A stretch of 56,848 nt of DNA, from assembly GCA_964621125.1 (NCBI GenBank), contig CAZUKZ010000002.1, forward strand, positions 1 to 56,848, read 5' to 3'. The stretch's first letter is position 1. Each line of letters starts with the position of its first letter. This document shows, one piece after another, positions 18,505-29,476 of this stretch. Under the pieces are notes generated by a model that saw nothing but the letters and a program-made list of their open reading frames with translations, was not told where the DNA came from and ran no database searches. The position numbers and the translations under genes are program-made. The DNA comes from Candidatus Woesearchaeota archaeon (lineage in GTDB: Archaea > Nanobdellota > Nanobdellia > SCGC-AAA011-G17 > GW2011-AR17).

Positions 18505-19491
18505 TTAATATTTATGATTTAAAAAGCCATGAGGATGTGCCTTATGCCATTCCCAGGCACTTTGGATAATTTGTTTCAAATTATATTCGGGCTGCCAACC
18601 CAGCTCTTTCTTTATCTTATCGGAAGAAGCTACTAATACTGCTGGATCACCAGGCCTTCTCTCTACCTCTTCAACAGGGATGGGATGGGCAGTTACAAGT
18701 CTTGAAATTCTTATAACTTCTTTTACAGAATAACCTTCACCAGAACCTAAATTATATTTCCCTGTTTTCCCGTCAAATAAGGCTTTCAATGCTAGAACAT
18801 GTGCTTTTGCCAAGTCCATAACATGAATATAATCCCTAACACAACTTCCATCAGGCGTTGGGTAATCTGTCCCGAAAACCTTTATGGATTCCCTCTTTCC
18901 TAAAGGTACTTGCAATATTAAAGGGATTAGATGAGTCTCCGGACTATGATCCTCTCCTACATCATAACCGGCACCTGAAGCATTGAAATATCTTAAACTA
19001 ATACTCTTTATACCATTTGCTTTCTCTACCGTTTCCAAAATCCGTTCCACCATTAATTTACTTGCCCCATAATAGTTTGTTGGATTTTTTTCTGTTTCTT
19101 CAGTTATAGGAATCTCTTTGGGTTCTCCATAAACTGCCGCAGTAGAAGAAAATATAATTTTATCAACACCGTGATTTAACATAGCACAAAGAAGGTTAAT
19201 TGCACTTTTTGTATTATTATTAAAATACTTCAAAGGCTTAAACATTGATTCCCCAGCTTCAATATATGCTGCAAAATGTATCACAGCCTCAAACTTACCT
19301 TCAGCAAATACCCTATCTAAGTTGTCCTCATCCCTTAAGTCTATTTTTACAAATTTTATACCTTCAGGAATGCTTTCCTTATGACCATTCTCTAAGTTAT
19401 CTAAAATCGTAACGTCATAGCCTTCTTTGAGAAGCTCCCTTACAGTATGACTGCCTATATACCCTGCACCGCCAGTTACTAGTATTTTCAT
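18505..19491 (-). CDS. galE: UDP-glucose 4-epimerase
   Basis: [25 protein letters not shown] and YGASKLMVE (YxxxK). Confidence 0.85.
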   Translation of the reverse strand: MKILVTGGAGYIGSHTVRELLKEGYDVTILDNLENGHKESIPEGIKFVKIDLRDEDNLDRVFAEGKFEAVIHFAAYIEAGESMFKPLKYFNNNTKSAINLLCAMLNHGVDKIIFSSTAAVYGEPKEIPITEETEKNPTNYYGASKLMVERILETVEKANGIKSISLRYFNASGAGYDVGEDHSPETHLIPLILQVPLGKRESIKVFGTDYPTPDGSCVRDYIHVMDLAKAHVLALKALFDGKTGKYNLGSGEGYSVKEVIRISRLVTAHPIPVEEVERRPGDPAVLVASSDKIKKELGWQPEYNLKQIIQSAWEWHKAHPHGFLNHKY

Positions 19492-20414
19492 ATTACTCCT
19501 CGAAAATATTCTATAGTTTTTTTCAAACCCTTATTAAGCTGTACAGTAGGCTCCCATCCCAGCTTCCTTTTTGCCAATGTAATATCCGGTTGTCTTTTTC
19601 TCGGGTCGTCTTGAGGCAATGAGTGATAAGTTATCTTGGACTTGGATCCAGTTAAAGCTATGACTTTGTCTGCAAGTTCCTTTATTGTAAATTCGTTAGG
19701 GTTACCTATATTAACTGGACCTTGAAATCCTTCTTTATTCATCATAAGATATATAACCTCTATGAGGTCTGAGATATAGCAAAATGATCTAGTCTGATCT
19801 CCATTACCATATAATGTGATGGGTTCATCCCTCAAAGCTTGGACTATGAAATTAGAGACTACTCTCCCATCATTTTCGACCATCCTCGGACCATATGTAT
19901 TAAATATCCTAACTATCTTTATATCTGTGCTATATTGCCTATTGTAATCCATCATCATGCTTTCCGCTACCCTTTTACCTTCATCATAACAAGCACGAGG
20001 CCCAATACAATTTACGCTACCAGCATAACTCTCGGGTTGAGGATGAACAGTCGGATCACCATAAACTTCTGATGTAGATGTCTGGAGGATTCTCGCCTGA
20101 CATTTATTTGCCAACTCAAGCATATTCACTACGCCGACTGTATTAGCTTTTGTCGTCTCTATAGGATTAAATTGATAATGTACAGGAGATGCAGGACACG
20201 CCAAATTATAGATCTGATCACAATGGATTGATAAGGGCTGAGTTATATCGTGCCTTATAATTTCAAACTTAGGATTAGAGAGAAGGTGTGCAACATTCTC
20301 TTTCCTGCCAGTGAAAAAATTATCTATACACACAACATCATCTCCTTTATTCAGTAGATACTCACATAGGTGGCTCCCTATGAACCCGGCTCCACCGGTT
20401 ACTAATATAGTCAT
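19488..20414 (-). CDS. uxs: UDP-glucuronate decarboxylase (UDP-xylose synthase)
   Basis: [47 protein letters not shown] and [14 protein letters not shown]-type overlap with the neighbouring genes. Confidence 0.8.
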   Translation of the reverse strand: MTILVTGGAGFIGSHLCEYLLNKGDDVVCIDNFFTGRKENVAHLLSNPKFEIIRHDITQPLSIHCDQIYNLACPASPVHYQFNPIETTKANTVGVVNMLELANKCQARILQTSTSEVYGDPTVHPQPESYAGSVNCIGPRACYDEGKRVAESMMMDYNRQYSTDIKIVRIFNTYGPRMVENDGRVVSNFIVQALRDEPITLYGNGDQTRSFCYISDLIEVIYLMMNKEGFQGPVNIGNPNEFTIKELADKVIALTGSKSKITYHSLPQDDPRKRQPDITLAKRKLGWEPTVQLNKGLKKTIEYFRGVI

Positions 20415-21820
20415 GACTGTATCACATCCGGATTACCAATGCAGATGTAGTTAAATCCTAACCCTTGCATCTGTTCTGGATTGTAGAGATCCCTGCCATC
20501 AAGTATCAATGGCCTCTTCATTTTAGTTTTCAACTCATGAAAATCCGGCTGCCTAAACTCATTCCATTCTGTTAAAACAAAGAGTCCATCAATATCCGGA
20601 ATAAGATCATATTTTGAGTCGCCCTTATAAGGATAAAAGAATTCAACATTTTTTAACAATGGTGCAATATCTTCCATTCCAGCTAACCTTTCTTTCATAT
20701 CAAGAGCCCCTTCAGGATCATAAACCTTAACGTTTACTCCTCTCTTCAGAAGATCTACTATGATTTCTATCGCTGCTGATTCTCTAGTATCATTAGTCTT
20801 TGCTTTAAAGCTTAATCCCCAGATACCATAAGTATCTCCTGCCCCAATTCCAAAGTGTTTTTCTAACCTACGATTTAGAGTAAGCTTTTGATACTCGTTA
20901 GAAGGTATAATTTTACTAATAACTTCACTGACCACACCTTGTTCTTTGAATAAACTAGCTAGAGCTTTAACATCTTTCGGGAAACAGCTTCCGCCAAAAC
21001 CGGGACTAGGATGAGTAAAGGAACCAATCCTTGGATCATGTTTAAGTCCTTGCCTTACACGCCTCCAATTAGCGCCCGTGACTCTACACAACCTTGCAAT
21101 CTCATTGTTTGTCACAATTTGTACCGCGAGATTAGTGTTAGCTGCATACTTATGTATCTCAGCATCCTCATTCGTCATGAAGTATATCTTCTGCGGATTA
21201 CCATGAGTAAAAGGGTTATAAATATTCCTGAACAACTTTTCTAATACTTCCCCCCCTAGCTTGTTAAATTTTTCCTTAGGTAAACCAAGAATAACTCTTG
21301 AAGGTTTTAATGCATCACTTGTCGCTTCACCCTGGGCTAAGAACTCGGGATTAGAAATCACATCAAGTTCTGCACCTGTTATATTTGACATCCTCTCCTT
21401 AACCATAGCTGCAGTTCCAGGTATTACTGTACTCTTTATTACAACAACCTTATAACCCTTCTTAATGTTCATTGCCCTTGCAATATCCTCAGCTGCATCA
21501 AACACATATTTTCTATCAACATAACCTGCTTCATCAGAAGGTGTCCCTACACATATGAAAAGCACATCTGAACGGTTAACAGCAGACTGAGTATCTGTTG
21601 TGAATTCAAGCAGGCCATTCATATAATTCCTTTTAACAAGCTCATTAATACCTTTTTCATAAAGGGGCAGATTTTCTCTTCTGTTCTCACAAAAATCAAT
21701 TATATGTTTAATCCTTTCTTCCGAACAATCAACACAAATAACCTTATTTCCTGCATCTGCAAAGACTGCGCCTTGCGGCAAGCCAACGTAACCTGTTCCA
21801 ACAATAGCAATATTCACCAT
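20411..21820 (-). CDS. ugd: UDP-glucose 6-dehydrogenase
   Basis: [11 protein letters not shown], catalytic [10 protein letters not shown], and a C-terminal UDP-binding domain. Confidence 0.85.
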   Translation of the reverse strand: MVNIAIVGTGYVGLPQGAVFADAGNKVICVDCSEERIKHIIDFCENRRENLPLYEKGINELVKRNYMNGLLEFTTDTQSAVNRSDVLFICVGTPSDEAGYVDRKYVFDAAEDIARAMNIKKGYKVVVIKSTVIPGTAAMVKERMSNITGAELDVISNPEFLAQGEATSDALKPSRVILGLPKEKFNKLGGEVLEKLFRNIYNPFTHGNPQKIYFMTNEDAEIHKYAANTNLAVQIVTNNEIARLCRVTGANWRRVRQGLKHDPRIGSFTHPSPGFGGSCFPKDVKALASLFKEQGVVSEVISKIIPSNEYQKLTLNRRLEKHFGIGAGDTYGIWGLSFKAKTNDTRESAAIEIIVDLLKRGVNVKVYDPEGALDMKERLAGMEDIAPLLKNVEFFYPYKGDSKYDLIPDIDGLFVLTEWNEFRQPDFHELKTKMKRPLILDGRDLYNPEQMQGLGFNYICIGNPDVIQS

Positions 21821-21946
21821 TTATAAGCTCCTTTATAGTATAGAAACATTTGGTACCTCGTTTTAAAAAGATTATGGAATCCTTATCCTTCTGTTTATAA
21901 AAGAAAATTTAGAAATATTAATAAAAAAGGTTTGCTTGCTTATTTT

Positions 21947-23008
21947 ATGCAAGTAGCTGTTACTAAATGTGAAAACTACACTTATGATAAAGTCAAGAAA
22001 GCTATTGAAAAAAGCCTTGAACTTATTGAATTTAAGCAAAAACCAAAGACTATTCTTCTCAAACCTAATGTCCTTGGTGCCTTCAAGCCAGAACAACATG
22101 TTTGTACACACCCGACTGTAGTAAAAGCTGTATGTGAAATTTTCTCAAATTCTACAATTATAATAGGAGATTCTCCAGGCATCGATAAATATAAAGCCTT
22201 TGAAGTATCTGAAATTAAAAAAGTTGCAGACGAGGTTGGGGCTAAATTAGTATTATTTGATAAAACAAAATTAATTAACTTAAAATTAACTAATAAATTT
22301 GTTCCCTCTGTTTTTGTTCCAAAAATATTATTTGATGTTGATTTAGTGATTAATCTGCCTAAATTGAAAACACATGCATTGACCCAAATGACTTGCGCAA
22401 TTAAGAACATCTTTGGTTGTGTGCCGGGGGGAAAGAAACAACAGTTGCATAGCCTTATCCCAAAGATACCAGACTTTGGCAAATTTATTACAGAAATCTA
22501 TATGAGAATAAAGCCAGGATTAACTATTTTAGACGGAATTATTGGAATGGAAGGAAATGGTCCAAGCAATGGTCATCCCAAGAAAACAGGCATCATAGCT
22601 GTTTCGACGGATGGTCCTTCATTAGACATTGTAGCAGCACAGATTATAGGATTCGAACCAAATAGAATACCTATGTTAAAGGCATTTACCAAGACTGAAG
22701 TTAAATGGATTGGCCATAAGATAAAAACTAATTATCAACCCCCTATAATTTTACCAATTTCATTTGTAGGAAAAATATTAGCCATATTCGGGAAAAATAA
22801 AATCAGAATAAATCACAAAAAGTGCATAAAATGTCACAAGTGCATAAAGCAATGTCCTGTAAAGGCTATAAATCCTAAATATCATGTTAATGATGATTGT
22901 ATTTTATGTTTGTGTTGCCATGAGTTCTGTCCAAAAGGAGCAATAGATCTTAAAAAAAGTCTAGGGATTAAATTAATTGAAATAGGAAGAAAAATCCTCC
23001 GAAGATAA
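21947..23008 (+). CDS. DUF362 domain protein fused to 2x[4Fe-4S] ferredoxin domain
   Basis: LKPNVLGA, KTHALTQMTCAIKNIFG and DGIIGMEGNGPSNG. C-terminal CIKCHKCIKQCP and CILCLCCHEFCP. ATG at 21947; the ORF is open from TTG 21932. Confidence 0.7.
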   Translation: MQVAVTKCENYTYDKVKKAIEKSLELIEFKQKPKTILLKPNVLGAFKPEQHVCTHPTVVKAVCEIFSNSTIIIGDSPGIDKYKAFEVSEIKKVADEVGAKLVLFDKTKLINLKLTNKFVPSVFVPKILFDVDLVINLPKLKTHALTQMTCAIKNIFGCVPGGKKQQLHSLIPKIPDFGKFITEIYMRIKPGLTILDGIIGMEGNGPSNGHPKKTGIIAVSTDGPSLDIVAAQIIGFEPNRIPMLKAFTKTEVKWIGHKIKTNYQPPIILPISFVGKILAIFGKNKIRINHKKCIKCHKCIKQCPVKAINPKYHVNDDCILCLCCHEFCPKGAIDLKKSLGIKLIEIGRKILRR

Positions 23009-23755
23009 TTATCCTATTTTAGGTATAATTGCAAGCAATAAGTCAGTAACTTTCCTCGAGTTCTCATTGAATACTTGAAGAATATCTTCCCAAGTAACAT
23101 GAGGCATGTCATCAAACAAACAATCATAGTCCGTACTCATAGCAACAGCGGCGTAAGGTATATTAGCTTCATTCGCTAAAGTTGCTTCTGGTGCGATCGA
23201 CATATTTATTATATCTGCGCCCCATGACCTAAACATCTTACTTTCAGCTTTTGTTGAAAACCTTGGACCTTCTATAGTAATAACCGTCCCAGATTTATGA
23301 TTCTTAAAACCCAATTCATCTGCTGTTTGGCCCAGAGCTTGCCTTAACTCCTTAGAAAACGGTTCAGCCATAGCGGTATGGACAGCGCCGCCCTCGAATG
23401 AATCATGAAATGTTATCTTTCTATGACGTGTAAAATCTATGAACTGATCTATAATTATTAAATCACCTCTTTCTATATCGCGTCTTAAGCTTCCAACAGC
23501 AGTAGTCGCTAAAATGTGTGTACAACCTTGTTCCTTTAAAGCCCATATATTGGCCCTATAATTTACAGCAGTTGGAGGATATTGGTGCTTTTTCCCGTGT
23601 CTTGCTAATAACACAACATCTACATTGTTAATCTTCCCAATAATCAATGGAGATGTTGGGGCACCGTAAGGCGTATAAATTTCTATACTTTGTACGTCGT
23701 GTAAAATATTAGGATCATCAAGTCCTGAACCACCAATTATTCCAATTTTTACCAT
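23009..23755 (-). CDS. mtnP: S-methyl-5'-thioadenosine phosphorylase
   Basis: KIGIIGGSGL, LARHGKKHQYPPTAVNYRANIWALKEQG and INMSIAPEA. Confidence 0.8.
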   Translation of the reverse strand: MVKIGIIGGSGLDDPNILHDVQSIEIYTPYGAPTSPLIIGKINNVDVVLLARHGKKHQYPPTAVNYRANIWALKEQGCTHILATTAVGSLRRDIERGDLIIIDQFIDFTRHRKITFHDSFEGGAVHTAMAEPFSKELRQALGQTADELGFKNHKSGTVITIEGPRFSTKAESKMFRSWGADIINMSIAPEATLANEANIPYAAVAMSTDYDCLFDDMPHVTWEDILQVFNENSRKVTDLLLAIIPKIG

Positions 23756-23844
23756 AAGCTTATTTTATACTAATCTCCCTTATAAAATTTTATGTTATTT
23801 TCTAGAAAGTTTTAAATAAGATATATAAAAACTCAAATTACGAA

Positions 23845-24399
23845 ATGGGAAATACAAAAAGGATGCTTAATCTAGGTTGTGGGACAGACATCAAACCTAA
23901 ATCTAATGGGTGGATTAATTTAGACCTCTATAAGAATAAAGGGGTTGATGTTGTTTTTGATTTGGACAGCAACAAAAAATTACCATTTAAAGACTCTAGT
24001 TTTGATTACATATATGCCGACAATGTTCTAGAGCACCTACACAACTATGTTTCTGTAATACGAGAGACTTATAGAATATTAAAACCAGGAGGCATAATTA
24101 AAATAATCGTGCCTCATTTTAGCGGATGTGGGGCTTTTGGAGAATTCCATGTAAGATTTTTTAGGTGGAGAAGTTTTAGAATTGGGAAAGACAAATATTA
24201 TAACGAAAATCCAGAGATGTGGAACGTGTACAGGGGCTTTCATTGCTTAAATAAAAGGATTGTATTTAACCGATTTATGCCTTTTAAGAATATTCTTAGT
24301 TGGTTTGCTACCCAATTCCCAAATCTTTATGATTATAGTTTCTTATGTAGACTCTTTCCTGCACAACACCTAATTGTCACCTTAAGAAGACAGGCTTAA
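23845..24399 (+). CDS. class I SAM-dependent methyltransferase
   Basis: LNLGCGTD, ADNVLEHL and LKPGGIIKIIVP. Confidence 0.65.
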   Translation: MGNTKRMLNLGCGTDIKPKSNGWINLDLYKNKGVDVVFDLDSNKKLPFKDSSFDYIYADNVLEHLHNYVSVIRETYRILKPGGIIKIIVPHFSGCGAFGEFHVRFFRWRSFRIGKDKYYNENPEMWNVYRGFHCLNKRIVFNRFMPFKNILSWFATQFPNLYDYSFLCRLFPAQHLIVTLRRQA

Positions 24400-24449
24400 A
24401 TGATTTAAAACCCATAAAATTTATAAAAGTCCTAGAAGATTTGAAAACC

Positions 24450-25307
24450 ATGAAAGTCATCATATCTATTCCTGCATTTAATGAAGAAAAAACTTTAGGC
24501 AAGGTCATTGCCGAGATTAGAGAAGCTTTTAATGGAACACATTATGATTATAAGATTCTTGTCGTCAATGATGGAAGCAAGGATAAAACTTTAGAAGTTG
24601 CAAAAAAGGCGGGTGCGATTGTTTTTTCCCATACAAGAAACCGCGGTTTGGCTCAGACTTTTAAGACAGAAATTGAGCAATTCTTAAAATTAAAAAGTGA
24701 TGTTTTTGTCCATACAGATGCTGATGGCCAATATCTCGGAAAAGATATCCCCAGACTTTTAGCCAAAATAGAACATGGCTATGATCTTATCCTTGGAAGC
24801 AGATTCAGGGGCAAAATTGAAAAAATGCCTTTTATGAAAAGATTTGGGAATATAGCCTTTTCAAAAGTAATTAGTATGCTGACAAAAACTAGGATTACAG
24901 ACTCAACGACAGGTTTTCGTGCTTTTACTTCTGAAGTTGCCTCAGAGATAAAAATAATCAATAATTTTACCTATACACAAGAACAAATCCTAAAAGCTGC
25001 AAGACAGAAGTTTAGGATTGCCGAAATCCCAATCTACGCCCGAAAAACTAGAGAAAGCAGACTTTTCAAAAGTCCTCTTGAATACGCTATCAGGGCCTGG
25101 ATCAACATCTTGAGAATCTATAGAGATTATGATCCTATAAAGTTTTTTGGAAAGGTAGGCCTTGCTTTTATGATTCCGGGGCTTTTATTAGGTGTATATT
25201 TTACTCAAATGCACTTCACTACGGGAATTGATGGACATGTTGCGCTTTTAATTCTAATAGGTATACAGACAATTCTCTTTGGTTTCTTGGCAGATATGAG
25301 AAGATAG
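24450..25307 (+). CDS. family 2 glycosyltransferase, dolichyl-phosphate hexose synthase-like, with C-terminal TM helices
   Basis: ISIPAFNEEKTLGKVI, VVNDGSKDKT and TDADGQY. Two C-terminal hydrophobic helices. ATG at 24450; the ORF is open from TTG 24441. Confidence 0.75.
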   Translation: MKVIISIPAFNEEKTLGKVIAEIREAFNGTHYDYKILVVNDGSKDKTLEVAKKAGAIVFSHTRNRGLAQTFKTEIEQFLKLKSDVFVHTDADGQYLGKDIPRLLAKIEHGYDLILGSRFRGKIEKMPFMKRFGNIAFSKVISMLTKTRITDSTTGFRAFTSEVASEIKIINNFTYTQEQILKAARQKFRIAEIPIYARKTRESRLFKSPLEYAIRAWINILRIYRDYDPIKFFGKVGLAFMIPGLLLGVYFTQMHFTTGIDGHVALLILIGIQTILFGFLADMRR

Positions 25308-25358
25308 ACAACAATACCATAAGGTTTTTAAAAGGGAAGTTCTACTAGTGACACTAGT

Positions 25359-25904
25359 ATGAAAAGAGCAGTATGGAAAAATAAATCAAATGGGCAACTC
25401 TGCGTTACAATCCCTCAAAATTCTGGATTTAAAGAAGGAGACATAGCAGATATAAGAAAAGAAAAAATAAGCAAAATAGTTTATACAAGTGTAGCAGCGG
25501 ATTTATTTCATTATGGACAACTTAGGCTACTTAAAGAAGCAAATAATTTAGGTGATTTTCATATCTGTGGAGTATTGACTGATAGGGCTCTAAAGGCGTA
25601 TAAGGGTAAACCTATATCTGGATTTAGAGACAGAATAGCAATAATCTCGTCACTAAGAAATATAGATATGGTTATGTCTCAAAATGATTTGAATCCAACA
25701 GATAATATAAGAAAAATCCGTGAACAATTCAATGATGTTGATATATGTGTTGTCTATGGTTCAAATTGGAAGAAAGTGCCTGGCGAAGAATACCTTAAAA
25801 AGACTGGTTGTGAAATCATACACTTACCATTCTATGAAAAACTTTCCAGAAAGAATATAATCAAAAAAATAATCCAAATAAATAAAAAGGAGAATGAAAA
25901 ATGA
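25359..25904 (+). CDS. AbrB/SpoVT-like N-terminal module fused to cytidylyltransferase-like domain with degenerate HxGH (HYGQ)
   Basis: [26 protein letters not shown] resembles a swapped-hairpin motif. It is followed by [21 protein letters not shown]. Confidence 0.5.
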   Translation: MKRAVWKNKSNGQLCVTIPQNSGFKEGDIADIRKEKISKIVYTSVAADLFHYGQLRLLKEANNLGDFHICGVLTDRALKAYKGKPISGFRDRIAIISSLRNIDMVMSQNDLNPTDNIRKIREQFNDVDICVVYGSNWKKVPGEEYLKKTGCEIIHLPFYEKLSRKNIIKKIIQINKKENEK

Positions 25905-27199
25905 AAAAGGTTTATGTAGGAATGTCTGCTGATTTATTACATCATGGTCATATAAATATAATTGATGTTGCAAGGAAAAAAGGGGAAATTACGGTTGGAT
26001 TATTGACTGATGGAGCCATTGCAAGCTTTAAAAGGGTTCCCCTTATACCTTTTGAACAAAGAAAAAAAATCATGGAAAATATAAGGGGCGTGGTGAGAGT
26101 TATACCTCAGGAAACTCTGGACTATGTTCCAAATTTGAGACTTTTAAAACCAGATTATGTTGTGCATGGGGATGATTGGAAAACTGGCGTTCAAAAACAA
26201 ACAAGAGCTAATGTTATTGAAGCTCTTAATGAATGGGGTGGACAATTAATAGAACCAGAGTATACTGCAGGCATATCATCAACAAATCTAATTAAAAATA
26301 TTATGGAAATAGGCACCACCCCAGATATTAGACGAAATAAATTAAAAAGACTAATTCAACTTAAACCATTAGTTAGAATTTTAGAAGTACATAATGGTAT
26401 AACTGGAAGGATAGTTGAAAAAACAAAGGTTGAGAAAAATGGTTCTGTCTGTGAATTTGATGGGATGTGGTCTAGTAGCTTAACAGACTCTACTTCCAAA
26501 GGGAAACCAGATACTGGCGCTGTTGATATCACTTCAAGATTACAGAGTATTGAACAAATATTAGATATAACAACAAAACCCATGATTGTTGATGCAGATA
26601 ATGGTGGTTTGGCTGAACATTTTATTTTTACTGTTAAGACACTAGAGCGTTATGGAGTTTCTGCAGTTATTATAGAAGACAAGACTGGAATAAAAAGGAA
26701 TTCACTTTTTGGAACTGATGTAGAACAAACACAAGATAACATAGAAAACTTTTGTAATAAGATAAGAAAAGGCAAACGTGCACAAGTTACAAAAGATTTC
26801 ATGATAATAGCAAGAATTGAAAGTTTAATATTAAAAAAAGGCATGGATTCTGCATTAGAAAGAGCAAAAAAATATATAGAGTCCGGAGCTGATGGAATAA
26901 TGATCCATAGCAAAGAGAAAGATGGTAGAGAGATACTGGGATTCTGTGAAGAATATAAAAAACTCCAGAACAAGGTCCCCTTAGTACTCGTACCCAGTAC
27001 ATACTCGCATCTTACTGAAGAAGAATTAGTGAATGCTGGAGCAAATATTGTAATATATGCCAACCATTTGTTAAGGAGTGCTTATCCCCCCATGGTCAAA
27101 ACAGCTAAAACAATTTTAAAACATGGTAGGTGCCATGAAGCAAACGAGTATTGTATGCCAATAAAGGAGATTCTAACCCTAATTCCAGGTGGTAATTGA
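25901..27199 (+). CDS. pepM: bifunctional cytidylyltransferase / phosphoenolpyruvate mutase (Fom1-like architecture)
   Basis: N-terminal [18 protein letters not shown] (HxGH). C-terminal [18 protein letters not shown], and the PEP-mutase signature [10 protein letters not shown] (EDKx5NS, 26675-26704). Confidence 0.82.
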   Translation: MKKVYVGMSADLLHHGHINIIDVARKKGEITVGLLTDGAIASFKRVPLIPFEQRKKIMENIRGVVRVIPQETLDYVPNLRLLKPDYVVHGDDWKTGVQKQTRANVIEALNEWGGQLIEPEYTAGISSTNLIKNIMEIGTTPDIRRNKLKRLIQLKPLVRILEVHNGITGRIVEKTKVEKNGSVCEFDGMWSSSLTDSTSKGKPDTGAVDITSRLQSIEQILDITTKPMIVDADNGGLAEHFIFTVKTLERYGVSAVIIEDKTGIKRNSLFGTDVEQTQDNIENFCNKIRKGKRAQVTKDFMIIARIESLILKKGMDSALERAKKYIESGADGIMIHSKEKDGREILGFCEEYKKLQNKVPLVLVPSTYSHLTEEELVNAGANIVIYANHLLRSAYPPMVKTAKTILKHGRCHEANEYCMPIKEILTLIPGGN

Positions 27200-28320
27200 T
27201 GAACTGTAAAGAACTCTGGCGTTTATTTGACAATGAAGGTATAAATTTTTTTACAGGTGTACCAGATAGTACTTTCAAGCATTGGATAGACTTCTTAGCA
27301 GCCAATCATAATAAAGGTTTAACTAATATTACTGCATGTAATGAATGTGAAGCTGTAGCAATAGCTTCTGGTTATCATATGGGTTCAAGTAAATTTGGTG
27401 TTGTGTACACGCAGAATTCAGGTTTAGGAAAAACTATCAATCCTATCACTTCTTTAGTCGATCCTGAGGTTTATTCCATACCCTTACTCTTGATGATTGG
27501 CTGGCGAGGGGAACCAGGCATAAAGGATGAACCTCAACATAAAAAAATGGGAAGAATCATGCTACCTCTGCTAGATGTATTAGAAATCCCCTATGCAGAA
27601 CTGCCCGATAACCTAAATGGGGCCTCTAAAATTATAATGAAGGCTAAGAAATACATCTTGGAAAAAAATGCCCCTTATGCAATAATTGTCAAAAAAGGAG
27701 TATTAGAAAAATATACAGAAAAAATAATTACTCAAACAAACTCCAAACTGACAAGGGAAGAAACCATAAACCTTATTATGGACAATATTGACAAGTCTGA
27801 TGCAATTATATCCACTACTGGAAAAACGTCCAGAGAACTGTTTGAACTAAGGATATCCAAATTAGAGAGTCCAAGAGATTTTTATACTGTAGGTAGTATG
27901 GGTTGTTCTGCTTCAATTGCATTAGGATTAGCTTTACAAAAACCATCTAAAGAATTTTTTATACTTGATGGAGATGGAGCAGTTATAATGCAAATGGGCA
28001 CGCTTGCAACAATAGGACACTACAAACCAAAAAACCTTCATCATATAATCATCGACAATGGTAGTTATGAATCTACAGGAGGTCAACCCACCGTTTCAAA
28101 CAGCCTTAACTTTGCAGCAATAGCCATGGCCTGTGGATATAAATCATCCAAAGAAGTAACTTCCAAATCCCAACTACTTGAAACTATAAAAGAAATAAAG
28201 AACTTGGAAGGCCCAAATCTGCTTCTTGTGAAAGTAAAAAAGGGGACAAAAAAAAATCTTAGAAGGCCAACAAAATCACCAATTGAAAACAAAGAAGAGT
28301 TTATGAAATTTATAGGATAA
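27199..28320 (+). CDS. ppd: phosphonopyruvate decarboxylase (ThDP-dependent)
   Basis: GVPDSTFK at the N-terminus. ThDP motif GDGAVIMQMGTLATIG...NGSYESTG. Its start overlaps the pepM stop (TGATG). Confidence 0.8.
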   Translation: MNCKELWRLFDNEGINFFTGVPDSTFKHWIDFLAANHNKGLTNITACNECEAVAIASGYHMGSSKFGVVYTQNSGLGKTINPITSLVDPEVYSIPLLLMIGWRGEPGIKDEPQHKKMGRIMLPLLDVLEIPYAELPDNLNGASKIIMKAKKYILEKNAPYAIIVKKGVLEKYTEKIITQTNSKLTREETINLIMDNIDKSDAIISTTGKTSRELFELRISKLESPRDFYTVGSMGCSASIALGLALQKPSKEFFILDGDGAVIMQMGTLATIGHYKPKNLHHIIIDNGSYESTGGQPTVSNSLNFAAIAMACGYKSSKEVTSKSQLLETIKEIKNLEGPNLLLVKVKKGTKKNLRRPTKSPIENKEEFMKFIG

Positions 28321-28323
28321 AAA

Positions 28324-29457
28324 ATGTCACAAAAAGAATATTATGGATTAGGATCTATTATACATATAGAGGATATCTTAAAAATTGAAAAACCACAGAA
28401 AATATTTCTAGTTTCAGGAAAAAGTTCCTATCGAGCTTCAGGAGCAAAAAAAGCCCTTGAAGATTTATCTCAAAATAAGGAAGTAACAGTATTCACAGAT
28501 TTTTCACCCAACCCTAAATTAAAGGATGTTATCAAAGGATTAAAACTATTTGGAGAAGAACAAGACATAGTAATTGCAGTAGGAGGAGGTAGCGTCATTG
28601 ATATGGCCAAGTTAATCAATATCTTTGCTGCACAAAAGCATAAACCCATCACCTACATAAGAAAGGAGGGAAAACTTGAAAATAAAGGCAAACCCCTAGT
28701 AGCAATTCCCACAACTGCAGGTTCCGGAACTGAAGCCACCCACTTTGCTGTGGTCTATGCTAATAGAGTAAAACATTCAATAGCACACGATTCTATTTTG
28801 CCTGCCTATGTTATACTTGATTCCACATTAACTTTGAGCATGCCTGCCAGTATCACTGCAAGCACAGGAATAGATGCCTTGAGTCAAGCGATTGAGGCTT
28901 ATTGGTCAGTAAATTCAATAGATGAATCAAGAGCTTTATCAGAAAAAGCCATAAAACTTATACTAGAAAATCTAAAAAGCTCTGTTTACAACCCTACACT
29001 TGAATCAAGAAAAGCAATGACAGAAGCAGCTAACTTTGCTGGGAAAGCCATCAATATCGCCAAGACTACTGCAGCACATGCCCTATCCTATATTTTTACA
29101 TCAAAATTCGGAATTCCCCATGGGCATGCCGTTGGCTTAACATTGGGTTTAGTACTAGAATATAATGCAGGAATTACAGACAAAGATTGTAATGATAAAA
29201 GAGGAATGGCTCATGTCAATAAAGTTCTTGATCAACTATGTTTATTACTAAATTGTACAGGATATATTGAAGCAAAGAATCAACTCAATAAACTTATGAG
29301 TGATATAGGCTTAGAAATGGATGTAAAACAACTAGGAGTTAAAAAAAGAGATATTGAGGAAATAATAAATAATGTAAATTGTGAGAGATTAAGCAATAAT
29401 CCAAGAGTAATTACAAAAAAAGGATTATCATACTTACTAAATGGACTTATAAAATAA
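28324..29457 (+). CDS. iron-containing alcohol dehydrogenase, likely phosphonoacetaldehyde reductase (FomC/PhpC-like)
   Basis: VGGGSVIDMAK, PTTAGSGTE and HALSY...GIPHGHAVG metal-ligand motifs. Lies directly downstream of ppd. Confidence 0.65.
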   Translation: MSQKEYYGLGSIIHIEDILKIEKPQKIFLVSGKSSYRASGAKKALEDLSQNKEVTVFTDFSPNPKLKDVIKGLKLFGEEQDIVIAVGGGSVIDMAKLINIFAAQKHKPITYIRKEGKLENKGKPLVAIPTTAGSGTEATHFAVVYANRVKHSIAHDSILPAYVILDSTLTLSMPASITASTGIDALSQAIEAYWSVNSIDESRALSEKAIKLILENLKSSVYNPTLESRKAMTEAANFAGKAINIAKTTAAHALSYIFTSKFGIPHGHAVGLTLGLVLEYNAGITDKDCNDKRGMAHVNKVLDQLCLLLNCTGYIEAKNQLNKLMSDIGLEMDVKQLGVKKRDIEEIINNVNCERLSNNPRVITKKGLSYLLNGLIK

Positions 29458-29476
29458 TACTTTATTGTCACAAAAC

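Noticed and set aside
21982-22482. 166-aa minus-strand ORF. Similar long antisense ORFs occur at 37676..38221, 54701..55123 and 55841..56380.
   Set aside because: Each lies fully inside, and antisense to, a longer ORF with strong family motifs (DUF362, YgiQ, RelA/SpoT). None contains a motif of its own.
22630-22660. ggattcgaacc, a T-loop-like motif that could indicate a second tRNA
   Set aside because: The flanking bases do not form a T stem or an acceptor stem on either strand, and the motif lies inside the DUF362/ferredoxin CDS.
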